Source: Octopus vulgaris
Lineage: Eukaryota
Direction: 5' to 3'
Assembly (NCBI GenBank): GCA_951406725.2
Contig: OX597820.1
Coordinates: forward strand, 114,204,001-114,268,000
Length of the DNA: 64,000 bases
Shown: positions 53,598 to 64,000 of the stretch, piece after piece
How the letters are laid out: each line of letters opens with the position of its first letter
Numbering within the stretch: position 1 is the first letter of the stretch
Made by a program: the position numbers and the translations under genes
The notes under the pieces: model-generated
Told to the model about the DNA's origin: nothing
What the model saw: the letters and a program-made list of their open reading frames with translations, nothing else
Database searches by the model: none

Positions 53598-54789
53598 GGC
53601 GGTGAGCTGGTCGAGTCGTTAGCATGCTGGACAAAATGCTTAGCGGCATTTCGTCTGTCTTTATGTTCTGAGTTCAAATTCCGCCGAGGTCGACTTTGCC
53701 TTTCATACGTTCGGGGTCGATGAAATAAGTATCAGTTGAACACTGGGGTCGATGCAATCGACTTACTCCTTCCTTGAAATTGATGGCCCTGTGTCAAAAT
53801 TTGAAATTATTACTATTATTATTGAGTGAGAGAGCAGTGCATGCCATGAAAGTGACACTGGGGTAAAATGTATGAAACCCAGTATACCCATCATGATTAC
53901 CCGTCTGATCAAGGTACACCAGGCACATGCACCACACCCGCATATGCACGACATAGTGATCTTATATCAAGATAAACAGCACATGACCTTGCAGGTGGGG
54001 CCCCGGTTATAATTTTCTTCGGGTCGAGTAGCCCAATCTGCTCGTAAGGTCTCTGAATAAGGGTTGTTTAAAGATGTTGAATGAAACACCCATGTTTCCA
54101 AGGGTGAATTATCCAAACCCCAAAGAATTCCTCTCAACACATGGCTATGATACTCCCCTACTATTCTGGCTCATGATCAGAAATGCACATATCTTCAGCC
54201 ACTAAGGGACATGCTCAACTGGTTATGGTCAAACAACTGACAAGCAAATCTGTGGTATTGAGCAGAATATTTGCTGTAGCCCATCTTTTATATCAAGACC
54301 AAGACCAAGACAAAACAATGTACATGATAACATTATTATTATTATCATCATCATCATCATCATCATTATTAGTCAGGCAGTGACCTGGCAGGATCATTAG
54401 CACACTGGACAAAATACTTAGCAGCATTTTGTTCGTCTTTACATTGTGAGTTCAAATTTCACCGAGGTTGACGATAATTTAAGTACCAGTAAAATACTGG
54501 GGGTTGATATAATCGACTATGCCTCTACCCCAAATTTCAGGCCTTCTGCCTATAGTAGAAAGGATTATTATTAAGTCAGGTGGTCACCTGGCTGAATCGT
54601 TAGCATGTCGGGCAAAATGCTTAGCAGCATTTCGTTCATCTTTGCGTTGTGAGTTCAAATTCCGCCGAGGTCGACTTTGTCTTTGATCCTTCTGGGGTTG
54701 ATAAATTAAGTATCAGTGAAACACTGGCTTGATATAATCAACTAGTCTCCTCCACCAAAATTTCAAGCCTTGTGCCTTTAGTAGAATGG

Positions 54790-54845
<56 letters not shown>
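53598..54845 (+). mobile_element. Cluster of three Meta-like SINEs (from 53598, 54376, 54579) with (ATT)n tails and an unclassified repeat at 53825-54330
   Basis: Repeated ggc(g/a)gtga(g/c)ctgg...gagttcaaattccgccgaggtcgac heads. Confidence 0.8.
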
Positions 54846-55292
54846 CTTCAGCCTAGTTGTGATGAAGACATACTTATGATCAAGAACATTCCAGTTGGAA
54901 CCATACTGCTTTTTTCTTTTTTTTTCTTTTTCTAATATAACTTTCTAAGATAACTTTCTCCAATGTGTTATATTTTTATTTTCTTTTTAAGACAGTAATT
55001 TAACCTTCCACATTTCTGCCATCAACAGTTGCCCTTATGAACCTTGTACGATACAATGTCAACCAATCTTTCAATCACAATAGACCCTATACTCTCTTAC
55101 AGCATCCTGACCAGATAACTACACTTTTAAGCTATTAAACCTACCTTTTCCTCAGCTGCTTTGTCAGTGTACTATAGAGTAACAAAAAGTTTCACATTCC
55201 AAGAATTTTGCTTAGTATTATTATAGTGCTTGTAATAGTAGTAGTAGTATATATATATATTTATACATATATTATATATAAATATATACATA

Positions 55293-55457
55293 GGCGCAGG
55301 AGTGGCTGTGTGGTAAGTAGCTTGCTAACCAACCACATGGCTCCGGGTTCAGTCCCACTGCGTGGCATCTTGGGCAAGTGTCTTCTGCTATAGCCTCGGG
55401 CCGACCAAAGCCTTGTGAGTGGATTTGGTAGATGGAAACTGAAAGAAGCCTGTTGTA

Positions 55458-55514
<57 letters not shown>

Positions 55515-55704
55515 GTTTGTGTGTCTGTGTTTGTCCCCCTGAGCATTGCTTGACAACGGATGCTGGTGTGTTTACGTCCCCGTCACTTAGCGGTTCGGCA
55601 AAAGAGACCGATAGAATAAGTACTGGGCTTACAAAGAATAAGTCCCGGCGGTGCTCCAGCATGGCCGCAGTCAAATGCCTGAAACAAGTAAAAGAGTAAA
55701 GAGT
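55293..55704 (+). mobile_element. Full-length tRNA/CORE-like SINE
   Basis: Head ggcgcaggagtggctgtgtggtaag...gggttcagtccc, central (TA)n(TG)n, tail cagtcaaatgcctgaaacaagtaaaagag. Confidence 0.9.
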
Positions 55705-55800
55705 ATGGACGTTAAATGATGATGATGACACACAAACACACACACAGGTGCTGAAAGGTCCCTGGCTTTGAGTAAAAGCAGACACAGGGTAATCAGTTTT

Positions 55801-56270
55801 CTTTTACTTGTTTCAGTCATTTGACTGTGGCCATGCTGGAGCATTGCCTTAAAGGATGTTAGTTGAAGAAATTGACCTCAGGACTTATTCTTTGTAGGCC
55901 CAGTACTTATTTTGTCAGTCTCTTTTGCTGAACCGCTAAGTGACGGGGACATAAACACACCTGCATCGGTTGTTAAGTGATGGCGGGGTGAGAAACACAC
56001 ACACACACAAGCATATACATACATGCATACATGCATGCATGCATACATACATACGTACGTATGCACACAGACATACACACATACACACACACACACATAC
56101 ACATACATACACGACAGGCTTCTTTCAATTTCCGTCTACGAAATCCAATCCACTCATAAGGCGTTGGTCGGCCCGAGGCTATAGTAGAAGACATTTGCCC
56201 AAGGTGTCACACAGTGGGATCAAACCCAGAACCATTTGGTTGGTAAGCAAGCTTCTTACCACACAGCCAC
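55801..56270 (-). mobile_element. tRNA/CORE-like SINE, inverted relative to 55293-55704
   Basis: Reverse-complement similarity over its full length. Confidence 0.85.
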
Positions 56271-56858
56271 ATCTGTCATTATCATCATCATTGTCGTTTA
56301 ATGTCCGCTTTCCATGCTAACATGGGTTGATGATTTTATTCAACATATTCTCCTCCTCTCAGATTCACACACTTATTGCAGTGGTTCATCAGTTTTTCTA
56401 AGTCCTGTAAAAGAACCTGGAAGTTTAGGCATCCAGCTGTAGAAACCAAGCCTAATCAGATTGGAACCTGGTGCAGCTCTCTCTTGCATACCAGCTCTTT
56501 TATCTTTGACTTTTTACTTGTTTCAGTAAACAGCCATGCAGGGGTACCACCGTGAAGAATTTTTTGTTAAACCTATTCACTCCAATACTTATTTTTTAAA
56601 GCCTGGTACTTATTCTATCAGTCTCTTATGCCAAACCACTAAGTTACAGGGATGTAAACACGCCAGCACCAGTTGTCAAGTTGTAACAGAGATACAAAAG
56701 CACACACACACACACATGTATATATATATATATGGATAAATTCTAACACTATAATATTCTTAACAATCAAATCAACCTCTCTGTATGTATATCTACCCTC
56801 TTTATAATGTTAGCAATTGACATTGAAATAAGTATATGTATTGATGGAAAACCTCTAT

Positions 56859-56950
56859 TAATGGCTGAAGATTGCTCAACATTTTAAAACTGATGTAATA
56901 CTTACAATGTTTAATAAAATGATGTAGCATGAAACGATCATACCAAATTA
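56859..56950 (+). ncRNA. Degenerate type I hammerhead ribozyme candidate, probably in a Penelope-like terminal-repeat remnant
   Basis: ugg-CUGAAGA-[long hairpin]-GAAAcgaucaUA-cca; conserved boxes at 56865-56871 and 56931-56934; stem III is one transition from the palindrome ACGAUCGU. Confidence 0.55.
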
Positions 56951-56977
56951 CCGAAGATATTCTTGTTGCTTACTTGG

Positions 56978-57038
<61 letters not shown>

Positions 57039-57040
<2 letters not shown>

Positions 57041-58850
57041 TCATCATCATCATCGTTTAACATCCGTTCTCCATGCTAGCATGGGTTGGACGGTTCGACC
57101 GGGGATCTGGGAAGCCAGAAGGCTGCACCAGGCTCCGGTCTTATCTGGCAATGTTTCTACAGCTGGATGCCCTTTCTAACGCCAACCACTCCGTGAGTGT
57201 AGTGGGTGCTTTTTACGTGCCACCTGCACTGGTGCCAGGCGAGGCTGGCATCGGCCACGGTCAGATTGGTGCATTTTACGTGCCACATGCACGGAAGCCA
57301 GTCGAGGCAGCACTGGCTTCGGCCACGATTCGGATGGTGCTTTTTACGTGCCACCAACATGGAAGCCAGTCGAGGCGGCGCTGGCATCGGCCACGATTCG
57401 GATAGTGCTTTTTATGTATCTCCAGTCCAGGGGTCCTGGCATCTGCTGGGTGCCAGTCATAGGATTGGTTCAATTTTGATTTCACTTGCCCCAACAGGTC
57501 TTCGCAAGCAAAGGGGGGTTGGCATAGGTGCCTGTCATCGGATGAGGTTCGATATCGACTTCGCTTGCCTCAACAGGTCTTTGTGTGTCCAAGGGAGGAA
57601 AGGCATGTATAAGTGGGCTGGGCTCACTTGTCCTGCCTGGTCTTTTCACGCACAGCACATTTCCAAAGGTCTCGGTCGCTGGTCATTTCCTCAGTGAGAC
57701 CTAAAGTTCGAAGGTCGTACTTCACCACCTCGTCCCAAGTTTTCCTGGGTCTACCTCTTCCACGGGTTCCCTCCACTGCTAGGGATTGGCACTTTTTCAC
57801 ACACCTATCTTCATCCATTCTCGCCACATGACCATACCAGCGCAATCGTCTCTCTTGCACACCACAACTGATGCTCCTTAGGTCCAACATTTCTCTCAGG
57901 GTACTAACGCTCTGTCGAGCATGCACACTGACATTACACATCCATCGGAGCATACTGGCTTCATTTCTCGCGAGCTTACGCATGTCCTCAGCAGTCATGG
58001 CCCATGTTTCACTGCCATGTAGCATGGCTGTTCGTACACACGCATCATACAGTCTGCCTTTTACTCTGAGCGAGAGGCCTTTAGTCACCAGCAGAGGTAA
58101 GAGCTCCCTAAACTTTGCCCAGGCTATTCTTACTCTAGCCGTTACACTTTCAGCACACCCACCCCCACTACTGACTTGGTCACCAAGATAATGGAAGCTA
58201 TCAACTACTTCTAGTTTTTTCCCCTGGAAAGTGACGGAAGTTGTTTTCTGCAGATTTTCAGAGGTTAATGCTCCCGAGCATCTGCCACATACAAAAACCA
58301 TCTTCCTAGTTAGCCTTCCTTTGACATTGCTGCACCTCTTATGTGTCCATAGCTTACACTTGGTGCATCTTATAGAGTTTCTACCTACACCTTTTCTACA
58401 GATCGAGCAGGGCCATCTACCTGAAGGCGTTTGTGATTTGTCTACCTTCCTACTTATTACGACTTTGGTTTTAGCTAGATTGACTCTAAGGCCCTTCGAT
58501 TCTAAACCTTGCTTCCACACCTGAAACTTCTCCTCCAGTTCTGATAGTGACTCAGCAATTAGAGCAAGGTCATCAGCATAGAGGAGCTCCCAGGGACATC
58601 CTGTCTTGAATTCCTCTGTTATTGCCTGGAGAACTATGATAAATAGGAGGGGGCTGAGGACTGAGCCTTGGTGGACCCCTACCTCTACCTGGAATTCTTC
58701 ACTGTACTCGTTGCCAACCCTCACCTTATTAGCAGCGTCCCTGTACATGGCTCGCACAGCTCTCACTAACCATTCATCTATCCCTAGTTTCCTCATTGAC
58801 CACCAGATAAGGGATCGGGTGACCCTGTCGAAGGCTTTCTCCATGTCAAC
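57039..58850 (-). mobile_element. RTE LINE copy 3, 5'-truncated, uninterrupted ORF (~407 codons of RT, PHD and C-terminus), inserted in (TA)n
   Basis: Open frame from VDMEKAFD through YADD to DRDLWK, stop at 57624; 3'UTR and (GAT)n tail; TA runs on both sides. Confidence 0.95.
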
Positions 58851-60147
58851 AATATATATATATATATATATATACAACGGGCTTCTTTCAGTTTCCATCT
58901 ACCAAATCCATTCATTTGGTTAGTTTGAGGCTATAGTGGAAGACACTTGCCTAAGATGCCATGTAGTGGGACTGAACACACACACAAAATGCAAATACAC
59001 ACTCGGTTTGTATTTGTATAGATGGAATTTTAACTGTTTTCATTACTTTCACTGATTCCTAACTCAGCATTCCTCTGAGAAAGATATTTTCTTTTAAAGT
59101 AAATATGTGTAGGTTTGTTCTTCTCCACCCGTACTCACTGAGTGAACAGAGATGAAAATAAACGTATATCACTCAGTATGTTATAAGCAAAAGAAGATGT
59201 GTATCAGGGCAACTCGTCAATTCATTGATGTTTCATTATCAGAGAGATTCATAAATGACCAATGGGTCCTCTTGGTCATGTCTGGTCATGGGGAAATATT
59301 ACTGTACTTGGAAACAGGCGAACATTAATGATAGGAAGGGCATCTGACTGTAGAAAACTTGCCTCAACAAATTCCTTAACCCATGCAAGCTTAGATATTG
59401 GACATTAATTAAAATGATGATGATGGCATACATAAAATATATACATACACACACACACAGAAGTTATGCTTCAGTGCTCATGACTGTCAGTTCTCCATTG
59501 TGTTTAGTTGTCAGGTCACTGCTCACTGACCTCTGACTCATCAACTCTGTCTCTGTGTTCATTATTCTTTTTATCAGCTGTGAAGAGAATTAGAGCTTGA
59601 CTGATTTTCAAGCAATAATTTTGGATTCATTAGAATTTTTACTGTCATCTGTCAAAGAATTTAATGTGTCCTTATTGAATATCATTGGTTAGATTTTTTT
59701 TTTGTGTGATGTCATTACATCCAGGAGTTGCTTTATCCAAATTCCAAAACTTTCTAGAAAACTTTGAACAGATTTTTGCTGACATGGCAAAGTACTGGTT
59801 ATAACCTTTCTAACCAAAATGTTCCAAGTTTGAATCATGGTATAGATCTACATATATATCGTAGATTTTGGTCTTATAATGAGATGGCTTCTCTAATATC
59901 AATTCCTTCTTTGTAGCTTAAATAATTGTTTTATGTAGATAGGATTTACTAAAGGACACTTTGTAATGTCTGTGTTAAGATTTCAAACTGATTTAGAAAT
60001 AGTTTATTGTTTCTCCATTTGAACAATTTGAAATTAAGTGAAACAGTGCTACTAAAGGAGTCTTTTCCTTTATTTCAGTACCAATGGTCATTTGAAAATG
60101 AAACACAAGTGTAACTGGCATTGAGCTCTCAGATCTATCTCTTAAAA

Positions 60148-60852
60148 ATGGACTTATTGGCAGAATCTGAAGCCGAACCATACTACTGTGGAGTATGTGG
60201 CAAAGATTTTGTCCATATTGTACAACTGGAGGAGCACATGAAGGTACATACTGTAGAGAAACGATTCCCTTGTGAAATATGTGGGAAGAACTTTTCAAAG
60301 AATTCTGACCTCTCAAGACACATAAGAACCCACACGGGAGAACGACCGTTCCGCTGTGACGTCTGTGGTCGAGACTTCTCCATGAACTATAACTTGAAAA
60401 ATCATTTAAAGACCCATACTGGCGAAAAGCCATATCAATGTGATATTTGTGATAAATACTTTACTGAAAGATCCTCTTTGAGGAAACACATCAGGATTCA
60501 TACAGGAGAAAAACCTTACCATTGCACCACATGTGGGGACAGTTTTACAGATTATTCTACATTAAGGACTCATTTACGAACTCACACAGGGGAGAAACCA
60601 TTCCACTGTGAGATCTGTGGCAAAGATTTCACTGCAAATTCTTCCTTGAAAAGTCATATTCGGACACACAACAGGGAAAAACCATTTGTCTGTAAGGAAT
60701 GTGGTAAAGGATTCTCATTCAAAGTTCACCTTAGAGAACACGTGAAGGCACATAACAAACCTGAACCAAGCCCTTTACGTTGTAAGATATGCGGGGACAA
60801 CTTTGTGGATGATGTTGCTTTAACAAGTCATTTAAGAATACACACAGAGTAA
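60148..60852 (+). CDS. C2H2 zinc-finger protein B, 234 aa, 8 fingers, paralog of A
   Basis: Intact ORF; ATG at 60148 aligns with paralog A (MDLLAESEAEPYYC vs MELLPDSEAEPYYC); acceptor tttatttcag ending 60078; AATAAA shortly after the stop. Confidence 0.95.
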   Translation: MDLLAESEAEPYYCGVCGKDFVHIVQLEEHMKVHTVEKRFPCEICGKNFSKNSDLSRHIRTHTGERPFRCDVCGRDFSMNYNLKNHLKTHTGEKPYQCDICDKYFTERSSLRKHIRIHTGEKPYHCTTCGDSFTDYSTLRTHLRTHTGEKPFHCEICGKDFTANSSLKSHIRTHNREKPFVCKECGKGFSFKVHLREHVKAHNKPEPSPLRCKICGDNFVDDVALTSHLRIHTE

Positions 60853-61167
60853 TATTTTGTTTAATGGCAGGTGTTATTATTATGTTATTTTTAAAATAAA
60901 TATTTTGTTTTATATTATAAACTCAATCAGATTTCATTTGAAATTGTATTTTATTCCAAATTCTTGCCTTATTTATGCAAATGAAGATTTTTGAAAGCAG
61001 TAGCTGTAAATACTACTCTTAGATTATTGGAATTTACATGTCTTAGGAATAATTTTTCTCTGAATTTCTGCTGCACTGCTTTTGATGTTATTATCGTTGT
61101 TTAATCCTAAGTCATTTGTAAATGATCAGATTTATGATCGATGGTATTCCTTTCATAACCTTCATCA

Positions 61168-61402
61168 GGCGGTGAGCTGGCTCAAACGTTAGCACGCCGG
61201 GCAAAATGCTTAACAGTATTTTGTCTGCCGCTACATTCTGAGTTCAAATTCCGCCGAGGTCGACTTTGCCTTTCATCCTTTTGGGGTCGATTAAATAAGT
61301 ACCAGTTACGCACTGGTGTTGATATAATCGACTTAATCCGTTTGTCTGTCCTTGTTTGTTACCTCTGTGTTTAGCCCCTTGTGGGTAGTAAAGAAATAGG
61401 TA
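61168..61402 (+). mobile_element. Full-length Meta-like SINE
   Basis: 21-bp flanking repeat ggtattcctttcat(a/g)accttc at 61143 and 61399. Confidence 0.9.
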
Positions 61403-61495
61403 TTCCTTTCATGACCTTCCTGCCTTTTTGTATATCAAGGATTACATTGTCCAATATGGCCCTTTGTACTTGAGGGAGTTTGGCTGCTAATATTA

Positions 61496-61707
61496 ATTTT
61501 AAATTTTGGCACAAGTCAGCAATTTCACAGGTAGGGGTAAAATGATTATATTGACCTCAGTGTTCAACTGGTATTTATTTTATTGACCCTGAAAGGATGA
61601 AAGGCAAAGTTGGACTTGGTGGAATTTGAACTCAAAGTGTGAAGATGGATGAAATGTCGCTAATCATTTTGTCCAGTGTGCTAATGATTCTGCCAGCTTG
61701 CCACCTT
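61496..61707 (-). mobile_element. Meta-like SINE
   Basis: 19-bp TSD agtttggctgctaatatta at 61477 and 61708. Confidence 0.85.
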
Positions 61708-62156
61708 AGTTTGGCTGCTAATATTAGCAGATTGTGTGTCCTAGTAGAGGGTTGCTCTAGCAGGGCCTGTCGCATTGCCCAAAGACAAGTCTAAATTTTC
61801 CTTTTGGAATTTAGATCAAAAACTTGAGAGTGAATTTGGGAGATGGAAGCTAGGAAACTGAAAGAAGCCCATTGTGTATGGGTGTGCATGCATATGTTTT
61901 TGTATTTCCTTGTCTTGACATTGTGCAATAGTCGTAAACAAGCATCACTGTCATATAAGTGGTGCTGTTCATTTCCAAGTTTCTGTGAAGACTTGTCTGG
62001 GTATGGGGAAATATTACCCTGCTTGGAAACATGTGAAGGTTGGCAACAGAACGGGCATCCAGGCTTAACAAATTCTGTCTGATACATGAGCATGGAAAAG
62101 GAGACATTAAGATGCTGCTGCTGTTGTTGTTGTTGGTGGTGGTGGTGGTGGTGCTG

Positions 62157-62517
62157 CTGCTTGTTTGTTTGTTGAGGGAAGTGGTTTTCATCCCTTTGTG
62201 GGAGAAGTCCGAAACGTGGTCCTTTGCTATTTGTAAGACCCGCAGAAGAGAAAGCAGGTCAACCCCCGACACCGAAAGCATTGACAGATGGATGAATGCG
62301 CGTTCAGGCTCAGCGGTTGCATAGGAAGTCGGGGACAAGAAACAGGAAGAAAGAGTGAGAGAAAGTTGGAGTGAAAGAGTACAACAGGGGTCGCCAGAGC
62401 GTTGTGGAGCTTAGGTGTTTTCGCTCAATAAACACACACAACTCCCGGTCTGGGAATCAAAACCATGATCCTCCAACTGCGAGTCCGCTGCCCTAACCAC
62501 TGGGCCATTGCACCTCC
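62157..62517 (-). mobile_element. tRNA-derived SINE (head X, body 1)
   Basis: Copy of 14883-15259. Confidence 0.85.
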
Positions 62518-62947
62518 TGGTGCTGCTGCTGGTGGTGGCGGTGATGACGATGATGAAATTATCATTCTCTCATAGTACAAACACTTTTTTTTTACCCCAC
62601 ATTTTGTGAGCATTTGAACTGATTTTTCTCTACTTTTTAATGATCAACACCAAGACTTCTTTCCTTAGACACTGATGTTTTATTATTTATTTATATTACA
62701 TTTTGTAAATATAGTTTTGGTTATAGATTTCCAATTGGATACTCTCTCAGTTCACAGCATTTATGATAGCAAGGGTGTCAATGGTTATCTCTACAAATAT
62801 GGTGGAACAAATATCACAAGGGCTGTCATTTGTAAGCACTGCAATTTTATTACTGATATTTATATCTGTCAGTAATTTACAGTGTTAAAGGATATGTGTG
62901 TGTGTGTGTGTGTGTGTCTGCATGTGCACACACAAACACATACACAC

Positions 62948-63360
62948 ATCATCATCATCATCATCATTTAACATCTGTTGATTATGCTGTCATGGGTTGG
63001 ACAGTTTGACCAGGGCTTGCAAGCTGGAAGGCTACACCAGACTCCAATCTGATTTGGCATTGTTTCTACAGCTGTATGCCCTTCCTAATGCCAACCACTC
63101 CAAGAGTGGATGCTTTTACATGCCACTGGCATGGGTGCCATTTGCATGACACCAGTATCTGCCACAATTGTGATTTTATTTGGCTTGATGGGTCTTCTTC
63201 TCAAGCACGATATAATGCCAAAGGTCTCGGTCATTCATCATTGCCTCTGTGAGGCCCAACACTCGAAATGAGCTCTTCATATGCCACTGGCATTGGCCAC
63301 TTTGCCTCTGTGAGGCTCAACACTCAAAGGTGTCTTTTACATGCCACCGGCACAGGTGCC
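62948..63360 (-). mobile_element. RTE-type 3'UTR fragment
   Basis: (CAT)n tail and tttctacagctg...cttcctaatgccaaccactc block. Confidence 0.7.
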
Positions 63361-63881
63361 TCTGTGTGTGTGTGCATGTATCTTTCGTAACTTTATTTTT
63401 AATTCGTTTCAATCATTGGATTGAGATCATGTAGAGGTACCAACCTAAAGGGATTTTAGTTGAACAAATCAGCCCCTGCCCTTTTTTTTTTTAAAGCCTG
63501 GTACTTATTCTGTCAATCTCTTAGCTGAACTGCTAAATTACAGGTATGTAAACAAACTAACAGTGGTTGTCAACCAGTGGTGGGAGACAAACACACACGC
63601 ACACACAGAGCAATGAGCTTCTTTCAGTTTTTGTCTATCAAATCCACTCATAAGACTCTGGTTGGCCTGGGTCTACAGTAGAAGGTGTCTACCCACAGTG
63701 TCATGCAGTGGAATTGAACTGGGAACCGCATGGTTAGGAAGACAATTTCTTACCACACAGCCGCACATGTGCCTATGCATACACATAGCCATTTGTTCAT
63801 TCATTTGTGTCTGTTTTTCTGTGCTAGCATGGGTTGGATCCGCATGTTATCTGAGGCATTGTTTTACAGTTGTTTTACATA

Positions 63882-64000
63882 GGCGCAGGAGTGGCTGTGT
63901 GGTAAGTAGCTTGCTAACCAGCCACATGGTTCCGGGTTCAGTCCCACTGCGTGGCATCTTGGGCAAGTGTCTTCTGCTATAGCCCCGGGCCGACCAATGC
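63882..64000 (+). mobile_element. tRNA/CORE-like SINE head, cut by the window edge
   Basis: Near-identical to 55293-55410. Confidence 0.9.

Noticed and set aside
54050-54110. cugaaua...gaaacacccauguuuc hammerhead-like motif
   Set aside because: The core is CUGAAUA rather than CUGANGA, and stem I does not pair.
55293-55365. tRNA-like A/B-box sequences here and in other SINE heads
   Set aside because: They continue into SINE bodies and I could not form a full cloverleaf; not tRNA genes.
58851-58898. N-terminal [16 protein letters not shown] extension of the 424-aa ORF as a SINE-RT fusion gene
   Set aside because: Chance read-through of SINE and (TA)n sequence from a non-canonical frame start; the element is 5'-truncated and lacks the endonuclease.
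60121-60147. ORF-track start of zinc-finger B at 60121
   Set aside because: It is a TTG codon; the ATG at 60148 aligns with the paralog A start.

Overview
AT-rich, repeat-dense eukaryotic DNA. The microsatellite load, tRNA-derived SINE families, RTE LINEs with (GAT)n tails and tandem effector-less C2H2 genes resemble an octopus genome (inference, not verified). The only clear host genes are two paralogous + strand genes with 8 C2H2 zinc fingers each (CDS 32245-32964 and 60148-60852). Each appears to have a short, highly conserved non-coding first exon 7.5-9.4 kb upstream (ending 22762 and 52551). The rest is mobile DNA: a full-length mariner relic, Tigger and hAT transposase pseudogenes, three RTE LINE copies, CR1-like and L1/Tx1-like fragments, Helitron-like and piggyBac-like non-autonomous elements, MITEs and many SINEs. 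Most notable observations: a C4HC3 PHD finger inserted inside the RTE reverse transcriptase; a degenerate hammerhead ribozyme with a long stem II in the sense strand of the inferred zinc-finger B intron; a conserved structured 5' exon with paralog-specific uORFs; several large inverted repeats; and an 85-nt hairpin whose mismatches all become G-U pairs on the minus strand. All alignments and folds were done by eye and repeat boundaries are approximate.
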